This document shows positions 52,086 to 64,000 of a stretch of DNA of 64,000 nt, piece by piece. Within the stretch, counting starts at the first letter, position 1. Each line of letters opens with the position of its first letter. The notes under the pieces are model-generated. The model was not told the origin of the DNA. It was given only the letters and a program-made list of their open reading frames with translations, and searched no databases. The stretch lies in the NCBI GenBank assembly GCA_964304625.1, contig OZ199839.1, positions 2,761,223 to 2,825,222 of the forward strand, given 5' to 3'. Made by a program: the position numbers and the translations under genes. The DNA is from Kudoa neothunni (taxonomy: Eukaryota; Animalia; Cnidaria).

Positions 52086-53799
52086 CCCTCCGAGCTGGCC
52101 AAAAACGACTATACATTTAACCGTTTTGGAATCCAGGATAACCTCACTTTTTTTCTTTCATTTTTTTAAAGATAAAATTATCGAATATTGATTTAAGAAT
52201 TAACAAATAAATATATCGGCTAGATAGAGAGGAAATGGACAAATATATCAGTACGAAGAATAACGACCTGATACGAAGGAATAAATAGCTCCTTTTAGAT
52301 TTCAAATTTGATTAAAATTGCATAATTTCGCGTCAGAGAGAATATATAAATTGTTACGTGCATTTCTATAAAGTTTTGGATATCTCAGACCTGTTATAAT
52401 GTTTAAACTGCAAGATATTTTTATTATATTAAAATACATTTTTTATTATTATTTATTACAAATTATTACTTCATTTATTATTTTTGAATAGAATAACGAA
52501 TTAACAATGTTTTTATGTTGCGTAATATATCCATTAATTGAAACATATTACCTCTTATCAATGTAAATATGATCTAAATTCATATTTAATAATCGTTTCA
52601 AATATTCTAACGTCAGAAAGAACAAGACCAATGATAAATAAAACAATACTTAGTGATAGACGAATAACTAATGTTTGTATTTTATTACGCAATTGCAACA
52701 AACTATTTCAGAGTGATTATTACAAAAATATTTTGAACTGCAAAACACATTGATTTTGATTTTCTATCCAAACCTCGTAAACACAGATTGCACTGTTTTT
52801 TATATTTAGAAGCGAAGCTTTCATTATTCGAAATAGGAGGATCATCACTGAGGAATGGTTTCACTAATAAATCCGCTAACTCTTCTAGATATTTGACTCT
52901 CGAGGTGTTAGGTTTATTAAATATAGTTTTATACAGGTAAAACGAGTCGACCAAATTTAAGTCAATCATATCGTAGAAAACTACCATCCGCCATCTTTTG
53001 GTATATCGTTTTACACTCGAGGTAGATAGAATACGATCCACCGTATCTGCCCCACCTTTGGTTTTGTTATAATCAATTATAAACTCAGGTTTTTTAGTGT
53101 GATCCGGATGCAACCTAACCTTGTTTGATAAAGTAGCCGAACAAAATGAAAGTCTTGTTCTTTTTTTGGCGGGTTTGATAACATCATCTTTTTCTTATGA
53201 TGAACAAAAATCGAATTAAAGATTTCTCTCATTTCGTTCGGCTTCATAATTGGCGGGATTTCCCTTTTGTCGTGGCGAAGAGTTCCTAGCATTGTTAATC
53301 AAAAGTCGAAAAGTTTGTCAGTCAATCCGATCGAGGTAAAGAAATTGTCACATACGATATTTCTACCAGATCCTCTTAGTAATATCATTGGTAGTTTTAT
53401 CCAGATAGATGGAAATATTATGGGTATAATTGGCGTGTGTGGGTCGGTTAATAGAAAAAACTTTATGCCATAGACTGCAGGCTTAGATGACATATACTCT
53501 TTAAACGGGAACCTGCCACGAAATGATACCAGCTACCAGCTGCTCATCAACAGTAAGACTTTCAGAGGGAGTCAAACACATTGGAAGAATTCTTTTCTAT
53601 TTAGTAAATAATTCAATTATTGGGCAAAACTTATCATTTTCACGTCATACAGCCTAGGTCTCAAAATCATCAAAATGAATACTTCAATTATTTTTTGTGT
53701 ATCTTTCTAGCGACAGTATTTTTCCAAAAATACCTCGCGCTTTATTCAATCTCCACAATTGTTTGAGGGATTCCATCTTGGATTTAAAAGTACACATAT

Positions 53800-53833
<34 letters not shown>

Positions 53834-54526
53834 AATTCCCATGTATGTTTTCATTTCCACTGATGTTAATTCATTCAATTTATTTCTGTAATGAAAAGAG
53901 CTAAATTTATTGGTGTTAATAATAATTATTATATAATATTCGTTATCAAAAATAACTAAAAACAATCTATAAATCAATGGATTCTTGACGATACGAATGC
54001 AGTTATTCCTTGTGCTTTGTTTAAAATATTCCCCTTTGTTGGTTTAATATTTGAGGAATATCAGGAGACCATACAACCTCGTTTTTATCTTTGTACATAT
54101 TAATTGACTCAAACTCATCAATGCTATTACAACTACTAGAAGAAAAATTATCTTACACATTATCGTCAATTTCACTGCAATTTGATATATCACTTGATGG
54201 AAATTCAGTAAACAGGTTCCCAATTTCGCGTATCGGAGATGATCGATGACCATAAAATCATGTTTAACTCAATATCTATATGACCAAATTTCCTAATAAT
54301 GCAGTATTTAATTTTATACATGTTTTAATGAAATAAAAACCTGGGGTTCGCCTGGACCCCAAAACGGCTAGATGTATAAAAAGTATATTAGGAGTTCGTT
54401 TTAAATTAATTTTTAGTTATAAAACCTTTTTTGTATTTTCCGTAACATATCTGAAGAATAACGCCAGATTATATTAAATTAACCTTTTTCAACAAGCAGT
54501 AAATTTCCCCAAACATGCTCGGAGGA
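52086..54526 (-). mobile_element. piggyBac element, degenerate full length
   Basis: TTAA|CCCTCCGAGC ... GCTCGGAGGA|TTCA; VDEQL, KPAVYGIKF, CDNFFTS, YNKTKGGADTVD and Cys-rich C-terminus remnants. Confidence 0.9.
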
Positions 54527-55658
54527 TTCAATGTGTTATTGAGTAGAATCTTTTTATTGCGGGGTTATTTCGGAATTTAGAACGAGAAATTTAATCTCAA
54601 CATTATTTACAGTAATGTATGGAAGTAATGAAGAAACTGGAAGCAGAAAATCACTGCGTCACACCCATTTTTGGGCTGGACACAGAATAGCGCACGTGTT
54701 AGGAGAAAAATACCATTTTTCCATCGATAATATAATTATTAATACATGAATTTGAAGTAAAAATAAATTTGTATACTTATTCTTATTAATAAAACGTTCT
54801 ACATCTTTTTTTCTGAAAAAACTGTTCAAATATTGAGTCAGTCATTTCAAGTTCGGTTTATGTTGTCAAACATTGACAAAATTTTATTTAGAAAGAGTTT
54901 TATAACTTTTTCCAATTATTAAAGTTCCTCTTGGTTTTCCATAATAACTTAATTCAATGTAATCAATCATCATCACCCCTGTCAAAATCAGGAAAATCTG
55001 GTGTTGTCTATGTTTTTAGACTCGTGTCACGTCACGCGCGTGAAATGCTTCACATATCACGCTTTCTCACCACTCATCACCCACACCCTTTTTAAAAAGT
55101 ATAACAGCTAGGATATTAGAATTAGGCTAATAAAAGACCGCGCTCTACATAATAAATAGATGTTTTCAGAAGGAATAATAATAATAAAACATGATTTCTT
55201 CGCTTTTAGATGCACTGTACACTTAGACTTATTTCAATTATATTTAATACAATTAGGAAGTAATTATGTTAATTATTGGATTTGAACGTATATCGAAAAC
55301 ATTTATTTTAATTGAAACTCTAAAGACCAACATTTTATCATTTTGGACGTAACGAATATCACGTTTAGCATTTTAATAACTCCGCATGTCGCGCCACATC
55401 ATGCTTTTTCATCATTTCTATGCTTTTCAGAAACTCTAGTGTTGTCACAACATCACAGATGTCGACTGTGTTGCTTTCAAGAGTTTTTCCAATAGGATTC
55501 GTTAATTCTAGTAATTTCTCTTTTTCAATCAGCTCAATTATGTCATGTTTAAGTTGATCATCATCGGAAATATCATCGAAATAATCATTTAATGGATTTT
55601 CAGAGAGGGAAAATAATTTCCTAAAGCAGTTATCGGATCACAGTTGATTTAGACCCCC

Positions 55659-57090
55659 GGCCAATCTTTCGACTTTTTAGGAAGTAAGAAAAAGCTGGCT
55701 TAAGACATGTTGCCCTCTATAATATTACCGCATTGTAGGAATAAACATAGCAAAGTGCAGTATTTAATGATTCGCCAAATGGTAATTGGTAACTATCTCG
55801 AAATGATCCCACCTAGGAAGTCATTTGATAACATATTTTGCAACGAATACAACTCTATCGTATATCTTATCGATAACGGTGTCTTCAATGCACCTTCTAA
55901 CTGTATCAAGTGTGGAGGACCACGATTTTCGATCCATAGAAAAAATTAGCGATGTTCCACAAAGGCTTGCGGAAGAGAAATTTTTATTTTTGAATCAACT
56001 TTTTTCGAAAATATGAAAATTAAAGTTCACGATTTCTTGGACATAGCTTATTATTGGTTGGTAGGAATAAGAAGCGTCCACCCGGCAACAATCACTGGCC
56101 ATTCTTCCCGAACTATCTGTAATTATTCAAATTATCTTCGGAAAATGGTGTCTGATAATTTGGGATTCGAGGATATTATCATTGATAGAGAAAATATAAT
56201 AGTGGAGATTGACGAGTTCAAGTTTGGCAAGGTCAAACATAACCGAGGTCATGGAAAGAACTCCTGAAAGAAAAATGGTTTTAGTGGGAGTTGCAGATTG
56301 GTCAGCTGAGACTTTGATCCAAAAAATCCAAACTTATGTTAAACCCGGATCTGTCATAATAACTGATTGTTTCAAAAGTTACGGAACACTCCACAATTTC
56401 TATACTCATCTCCCCGTAAATCACAGTATAGAATATGTGGATAACATCACAGGAGCACATACAAATACCATAGAAGGTACTTGTGAAGCCATCAAATACA
56501 AAATATCACCAAGAAACAGAATCTCCTCAGTTAATGATGATGGTTCTGTCAGTATCGATATGGCATCAATGAATTTTTTGGCTAATTTCAATGGAGGAGA
56601 AAAAACAAATCGAATTTGTGGAGTGATCTCATCTCACCATTAAAAAAATTTTAGTTGCAAATTATTTAGATAGTCTTTTTATTGTTTTTGATAAAGTTTT
56701 TCAATGATGCTTTGTTAAGTCGGATTGAGGGCTTATATCAAAGTTCAGCCCAGTTAACTATGGTTTTCGTTTTAACATATTATCACAGGTTTTATTCATT
56801 GGAAAATCAAATTAAGACATTAGTTACAATGCCACCATAATCTTAAAATTCGATCTGAAGTATGGATGACGTCATTAGATTTCTTTTGAGCATCATTTAA
56901 AATTTTAATAATTCCATGATCCAGTGGTTGAAGCACACTGGTCGCGTTCGAAGAAAAGTAACAATGTTACAATAGACAAATATTTGTTTGTGGGCTACGA
57001 AATAGTCGAGAAATAATAACATATTTACTCTTAGAAATGGTGAGAGGCCAATTCTATTTTCCATGAAATGACACAAAAATAGAACTGGCC
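55659..57090 (+). mobile_element. Merlin (IS1016/ISXO2-like) transposon, frameshifted
   Basis: CIKC zinc ribbon, VEIDEFKFGK..HNRGH, IITDCFKSY, VNHS, HTNTIEG (55800-56640). Ends tentatively at GGCCAAT.../...AACTGGCC with imperfect flank similarity. Confidence 0.8.
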
Positions 57091-59426
57091 ATTTAACCCG
57101 TTTTGTTGGCGTGATATTTTATTGGAAAATCTTCGAGGACATTATAGCATCATGGCTTGTTACCAAAGGAGGAGTTGGTTTTTAGTTATCGTGCATTTGA
57201 ACATTATTGTAAGTCTTTATATATACTGCCTGAGTTCATGTATAATTCTTTAACGAAAAAATAACCACAATCCAATAGAATGCATCAATCAATCAGACAT
57301 ATTAATATTTATTAACTTAGTTTCATTTGAAAAAATAAATCAGTTTCATCAACATTGTATATATCAGCAAGATTCCATAAATCGATTATTTCACACAAAT
57401 GTCATTTCCATTCAGGAATGATTATGTTATCTACATTGCCAGATTCCCCGTGGTATTTACTGCGGTTTTAAGATTGTATGGATTGATAAGACCTTGAAAT
57501 TACCCATAAGGTAACTGAACGTTCTAACTAGATGAAGCTAAGAATTCGTTAGCTTTAGATATATCATATAGTGATAACTCCAATTTATTGACTCTCAAAA
57601 CTTCTATCTATTTGTGAACTTTCTTATATATTTAAGCAAACCTATCGCATTCAAGAGATTTTCTTTTTTTAAAAACAGAACCATCATTGTGGGTTTTTAA
57701 TACATCTTTATTCTCATGTATATTATTCCAAGATGATATTGATTTTATGCCAAATTTTTACATCGTTTCGAGGTTAGCAACTATATTGTATGATATGAAC
57801 CCTTAGAATATTATAATTTCGAGTCTTTATCTAGTGTTAAGTGGTCTTGTTTCGAAAAAATTGGCATTCCATCTACTATTTTTTGCAAACTTCAGATCAT
57901 GCGCTGTTCTCGAGCCATTTTTGCGTTAGATCCATACAATAGATTTTCAACCTTAATATTTTGTTTAAGACAAATTATTTATTGAAGAATGATCTACTAT
58001 TTACTGAATTATCTATTTAAATTTTAGTTAAAAAAAATAAGGAGTACACAAGTAAATTTTTAAAAATTGCGTCGGAGCCATATTGCGCACGACACGTACA
58101 CTACCTACTGTAATTTTAACTTTGATATTAGATATATCGATAAAATATTCACAACACATATTTATACATCATGAATCAAAAATGTAGTCGGCGCTGGGCG
58201 CCAGAGATGCTTTACGCCTTTTTAAACATTAAACATGGATTCGCGTTTGCGCTTTTCAGCCAATGGCTTTATTGGATTGAATCCCACAAATGGCATATAC
58301 TTGTGTTATTTAACTGATAATAACTTCAACTGTGTTAAAAATTTAACTAGTTTGTGCTAATCACGCATCAATATAATAATCAACATAATAAAATTTAAAA
58401 CATTATACAGATAGCACTACCTATAAAGACTCACACGATCATTATAGAATTCGGATTCTAAACTCTAGAATATAGGTTGAGTTAAATTTTGTGGATCCCA
58501 AAACGATTGTTATCGTTTGAAATCGCGTGTTAAGAATCAGATTATACTGGGCGACTTGGCCGTACTTATTGTGTTTGGCGATTCAATGAAAATAGTACCT
58601 GACAAAAAGTCTGAGAGGTTTGTTGATGAGGCAACACTAAGGAGTGCGATTAGATCTCGTCAATCCTACCTCAAAAAGGAGCATTGTCAAGAGGTAATAT
58701 CACCTCGTTAACGAATAACCTAGGAGGTTTATTGTAAACAATTATTTATTAATAGAAAAAGAATCGTATACAATTTAAATATGTGGAATTTGACACTTTT
58801 GGAAAAGAGATGTCTGGTATTTTTTATTCGGCTATTCAATGTTAAGATTTTCAAACTAAATACGTTTATTCACAGAAATATTCCATTACAGCTCGACACC
58901 ATATCGTGAACATGCTGAGGCATTTTATCTATGTTGTATGTACACATCATGATCAAAATAAATGCAAAATATTCCATGAATTATTGTAGGTAATGGGATA
59001 GATTTTGCTTCGATATGTAAACAAGAACGAATAAATTTGGTTGCCGGGTTATGTTTAAGATACAGATATGAAAAAAATCCAGCCGATAAAATTTTGACCT
59101 TGAAAGCACTCGCCCATCTATTAGAAGGTATCAGATGATTGTTTTGCGTTGTAGAAGTTTGGTTCTGTGACTAGGCACTTTTATAAAAGATCGAAAAGAG
59201 AATGCAACAAAAATTTATGTATCTCCATTCAATTGTGATTTTTAACGATAATTAATTATAGATTGTTGAAAATATTAGAGTGATGTTCGAGCACGATATG
59301 TTTGAAATTATTTTTCAATTGTTAATCGATAATATAAGGTAATTTCTTATCCATATTTTACAGCCGAGAGTGTGTATGTATGTATATATGTATGTGTACG
59401 TGCTCATTGGGTGAATAAACAGTTAA

Positions 59427-62247
59427 TCCATAGGGTTTTTAATGTCTAAATCTCTAAATAATTTAAACTGTAAATGGAGCATAATTATTGATAATAAATA
59501 ATAAAATATTTCTTCCAGAATCATTTGGGAAGTTTAAAAATAATCCAAAATATTTAAGTGCCGAAAAGGGTACCACAAACCACCTACGTGCATTTTTCTG
59601 ATTTAGCGTTCAGACGTTTGGGTCGGGGAAAAATACAATAATCTATTAATAATTCGACCGACTATTATGGCTTATGATAAATTAATGAACATTCGATATG
59701 ATTTTAATTTTTGCATTTCAGTCACATAGATAGTGTTCTTTTTACAAGCAACGCAATTGTGCCTTTTCTTTAATGGATCGGTGCCCATTGTTGTCCAATC
59801 ATACAACAAAATATCGTAAATATAAGTATTTGTTAGTGACAATTTTCTATTAATTTTTTCAGTAACGTCAATCCGGATCATATTGGCCATCATACACCTA
59901 ACATGAGTGGATAGTTTTGTTTCATTTATTCTTAAAATTTAGCCACTTGCGGGGATTGACTATTACGATTGAGATAATATTCGTATACAGGGATCAGCAC
60001 CACTTTTCCCAACGAATTTTCATTCTGTAACGGAATATATTATTGTCCGTGATATCAACTTCTCTCATATGCTTGTTATACATATGTGAGACATATACCT
60101 GGACCATAGTCATATACCACTTTCTGATTCAACAATAACGTTTTGAATGTTGAGGGGGTTCAGCAGAAAGCGTATTGCTGAGAAAGTCAGCTAGTTTGGT
60201 ATCGTTTCAATAATCACCAAATATCTTGGCTGAGAAATCTTTCTAGGTCTCATAAAAACATCTAGGTTTCTTTTCCATTACCTTAGGAACTATCGATGGA
60301 CATTTAAATTGCCCGCTTTAACCTCATTATTCCATGGCATTTACATCTCTCTTCTTCGTTTCAGTCATTAATTTATGAGATGAAAAAATTATCAAAGAAA
60401 ACATGAACATCATTTCTTGCAAAGAGTTCTTCAATTACTTTTATCGCAACACTACCTCCTAAACCAAAATATTTGCAATACGTTTCTAACCTTTTGGAGT
60501 ACACATTAAAACTGTAAATATAGCCATTAAAAGATGCTAAAACCCATTCCTCTAAGTCAAGACTAATAGGTTTCCTTTTCATATATATTTTGCAGGTATG
60601 ATGGCCTGTGAATAGTATCATTTATTTTGCGTTTGCAGAGTTTTTGTAAAAGTAGCCAAGTTTTTAAGATTTCTAGTCACTTTTTCCTATAATGGCCTTA
60701 CTTTGAAAAGTATATCATTTCTAATCAACTTTGAATTGTTGTTAGAATGTAGATTTTTTTTAAATTGAATCTACTGTATGACATTGACTTTTTCACCAGT
60801 TCAACGCCAGCGTCCATAGTAGATTCCCAATGTGTACGTTTTTGGGATAGTTTATTATATCCGGTCAATAATAAAATGTCGACGAAACATTTGGGTTCCA
60901 TTATCGTCAGATGAAATTTATGGTTGTTCTTTTGTTTCGCGAACAAATTTGTTTTTTGTCGATGCGTAATGACATGTTTTCGTCAAAGAATTCAAGATAA
61001 CTTTCAACGACTATAAATATCTGAATAATCATTACCGATATTGTCTGTACTATGGGTTATCATGTATTCGTTTATTGCGTTCGTAGATGAATTGCAAAGG
61101 TGGTGGTTTTATATCATAATGCTCCATCATTTTCGATGTTTTCGTCATTTTTGAAGTTAACGAAGATATCTACTTCGCCACATAAATCGGGAACAGCTCC
61201 ACTATCAATTATGTCGTAGTCTCTGTGGACGAGCTCTTATTCTTCATCAGTTAGTGTATCCATATGATTTGAGGATATGAACACAAAATCAATTGTATTA
61301 AATAAACTATCAATATTTCCAATATTTGTGATGACATCAGCCAAGTTTCTGTACCTCATCTTAAAGTTTTTACTTTGAGGTCAACAAAAAGATTAATTGA
61401 GAAATAGCACGTCGGTGGTTTATAGTGCCTTTTTCGGCACTGTTTTATTTTGAGAATTACGTGTAGCATTCTTATATCTTTTATTTGATTTTCACTTGTA
61501 TTAAACTTCTGTTCCTATATTATTATATACTATGAATATAATAATTTTAAATAACGGTCGGGTGGAATTTTATTCTATTCGTATGGTATCACACTACAAA
61601 GGTAATATAGAACAGTATCTGGCGCAATGTAAATATATTTGATGTTTATTTTTATATTATATAGCAATTATATGTGTGAATCATATATCTCAGAATTACA
61701 TCATGAAACTAATTATTGCAAGTTGTAGTTTTTTTGTTTACAAAGTAAAATCCCTGCCGCAGTCTATTAGGTTGTGGAGTTATGGTTGGTTACACCTTCT
61801 CCATTAACGCCGTGGGAAACGCAGAACGAGTAGCATCTACCCCCTCGCCCTTATCTTTTTATGGTAGTGTGATATTTTAACCCACTAAACATCCTCGTTT
61901 CAGGACAACTACCACCCCAAACTCTATCCATAAGGACTTAGGATCTACAGAGATTTCAAGTCAGTTAGTGCATCCCCGACGATTCAAACGTCTGATTCAA
62001 CCTCCTCTGTTAGATCAAATTGTAATTGCAAGTGAAATTACACTCATGTTCAACCGCATTCTAACAACTCCTATTAGGGGATAGAGATATACTCGTACGG
62101 AAACAGTAGACTGATCAGTAGCGGGAATCGAGCCAAGTACCTCCGGATATTGAGTCCAGTCATCACATCGCTGAGCTATCTGTCCTCGACTGCAGGTTGT
62201 AGAGATATGAAAACAGTGTTGAAAAGGGAATAATAACCCGAAAAGGG
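59427..62247 (-). mobile_element. PGBD2/PGBD3-like piggyBac element, degenerate
   Basis: Remnants LLLTGYN....R..W, MILFTGHHTCKIYMKRKPI, VFFDNFF; ~40-bp inverted repeats at 59558-59597 and 61401-61440; candidate terminus AAAAGGG|TTAA at 62247. Outer boundaries tentative. Confidence 0.75.
61729..62190 (-). mobile_element. tRNA-derived SINE, copy 2
   Basis: Head GTCGAGGACAGATAGCTCAGCG...GGCTCGATTCCC; short poly(A) end; 12-bp TSD TGCA(A/G)GTTGTAG at 61717-61728 and 62191-62202. Confidence 0.88.
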
Positions 62248-64000
62248 TTAATACATATAACTTTTAGATAGGCTTTGTATTTTTAAAATTAAATTTATTT
62301 TTTTGATCTTTAAATATCAGATTTTAATCACATTTTTAACGTTTATTTCTTCTGAATAGATTAGATTGGGGTGATATGTAATTTAACAACATAATGGAAA
62401 TCGATAAATAGAAAGGTCCTGAAACTCCTAAAATAATGTTAATTCGGCTAAAAATTAAGTTGGTTGTTCAAATATATTCATCTTCAAAATGGCGGGAGAT
62501 ATATCATTAAGAGATTATTCGACATAATATAAAATTGAGTTACTTATCAATTAAAACTCCTGTAAATAAATATTATTTTTTATTTATGATTATATTTAGT
62601 TATCTACTGATCAAAAATTAATATAAGGAAATATTATCTTTTATTTATTATGTGTATTTTATTTTTTTTAATAACAGTTGAATTTTTGTTAAAGAATTAT
62701 GTTGGAGTTTACATGAAGCATTCAACAAGAATTAAGTTCTAATTTATTATATAATAAGAAAACCGTTAAGCTACTTAGTAAATTAAGCATAATCAATTAC
62801 ACAGAAAGATTGTAAAAGTTAGCGAAAATCATATTTTTAATGACTAACAATATTATATATTATTATAAATGAAGGTAATAGATTCCAATGAATGTTGTCC
62901 ACATTGAGGACGTTTAAAAATTATATTTAATTTTTAATTTTCGGTTTCTATAACTATAAAATTACATTGATGGTTTCAAAATTAGAGTATAGAGAACAAC
63001 ACATGTGTAATAAAAGTTATGCTCTTACCATTTATAAAAAAAGTAGAGTTTACCTTTTGTATGAGGTTAAAAGTTGAACTTGATGAAATCTGCTTATGAT
63101 ATTTTTTGCAATGCAATCTGTTTGTTATTAGGAGAAATAAAATTATGTTTTATATATAGAGATCTTGAAAATCTTTACGCAATTAGAAGTGAGAATGTGG
63201 ACTCAAAATTGATACGAGTCCCACCGAAAAATGTAAAAAATCCCAATTTGACTTCAAATCTATCGTTATATTCAAACAACGAAGATTCTTTGCGACTAAA
63301 TGAAATAAAAGAAAATATGGGGTATTTATTTTTCTTAGTTGTTTTCTAGTTTAATGCTTTTTGTACGTAGTCTCTATGCATGTATGCTTTGTATGATGCT
63401 TGTTGGAGCTATTGGCGGAAAATGTTCAGATATAAGAAAAAAACTTAAAAGCTATTTTAGTAAAATTTAATTTGATGTGTAGAATTAAACTTCCTTATGC
63501 GAATCGTAGTCGTAATCGGTTCTCCAATTTAATCGTAGCGTTCCAAGTTCATAATTAGAGTTGATAATTTTCGACTTAAATATTTTTCCAAATCGACGGA
63601 TTTTGTCTTCCGATATAAAAAAATTCTTATTCTAATTTTATCTACTTGTATTTAAAAAAAAAGTCATAATAAACTAAAAATTGGGCCAAATATTTATTAA
63701 GTGTTTAAACGTGAGTGAGGGAATAAATATAAATTTTTTAATAGGTTTTAATTTATCTCATTAGATAAACAGCCTAGATCTATCATAAAATTCTGCGTAT
63801 GTCGCATAAGGAAGATTAAGGCTTAAAAAATTTTATTTTCACGCAACTAATTCAAATCCTACTCAAGTGCAAGATTTGAATGACGGAAAGTTATTAATTC
63901 AATTACTGTTGGATTGTTTGGTGTTTTTCTGCAATAAGTCTGTCTGTGAAATTCCTATAAAAAGGATCATCTTGCTTATTAGATTTATTTTGTTGGTAAC

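Noticed and set aside
61404-61417. 14-bp match (ATAGCACGTCGGTG) between the piggyBac inverted repeat and the SINE head at ~25904
   Set aside because: Short and absent from the second SINE copy; treated as coincidence.

Overview
AT-rich eukaryotic nuclear DNA, very probably animal (ATP synthase c has the metazoan-type RNPSxKQ loop), with mostly tiny spliceosomal introns (about 36-80 nt). This is compatible with a reduced parasitic animal such as an orthonectid, dicyemid or myxozoan, but the taxon is only a guess. Six host genes were reconstructed exon by exon: mitoribosomal mL46/MRPL46 (5556-6707 +), a stand-alone DUF2439/ZGRF1-N protein with a GC-AG intron (7430-7949 +), type I PIP5-kinase (17889-24898 -), ATP synthase subunit c (27494-28016 +), a TUT1/Star-PAP-like uridylyltransferase (40562-42408 -) and a divergent 14-3-3 (48851-49597 -). 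Roughly half of the window is transposons, often nested: about nine piggyBac-type insertions, five pogo/Tigger copies, six hAT elements or MITEs, one Tc1/IS630-like DD34E element, one Merlin element and two copies of a tRNA-derived SINE. The standout is an apparently intact 3.8-kb hAT transposon (13323-17133) with perfect TIRs and TSD and a 608-aa transposase visible only after splicing three introns. I found no CRISPR array, rRNA, genuine tRNA or prokaryote-like operon. All family calls are from manual reading and motif recognition, not database searches.
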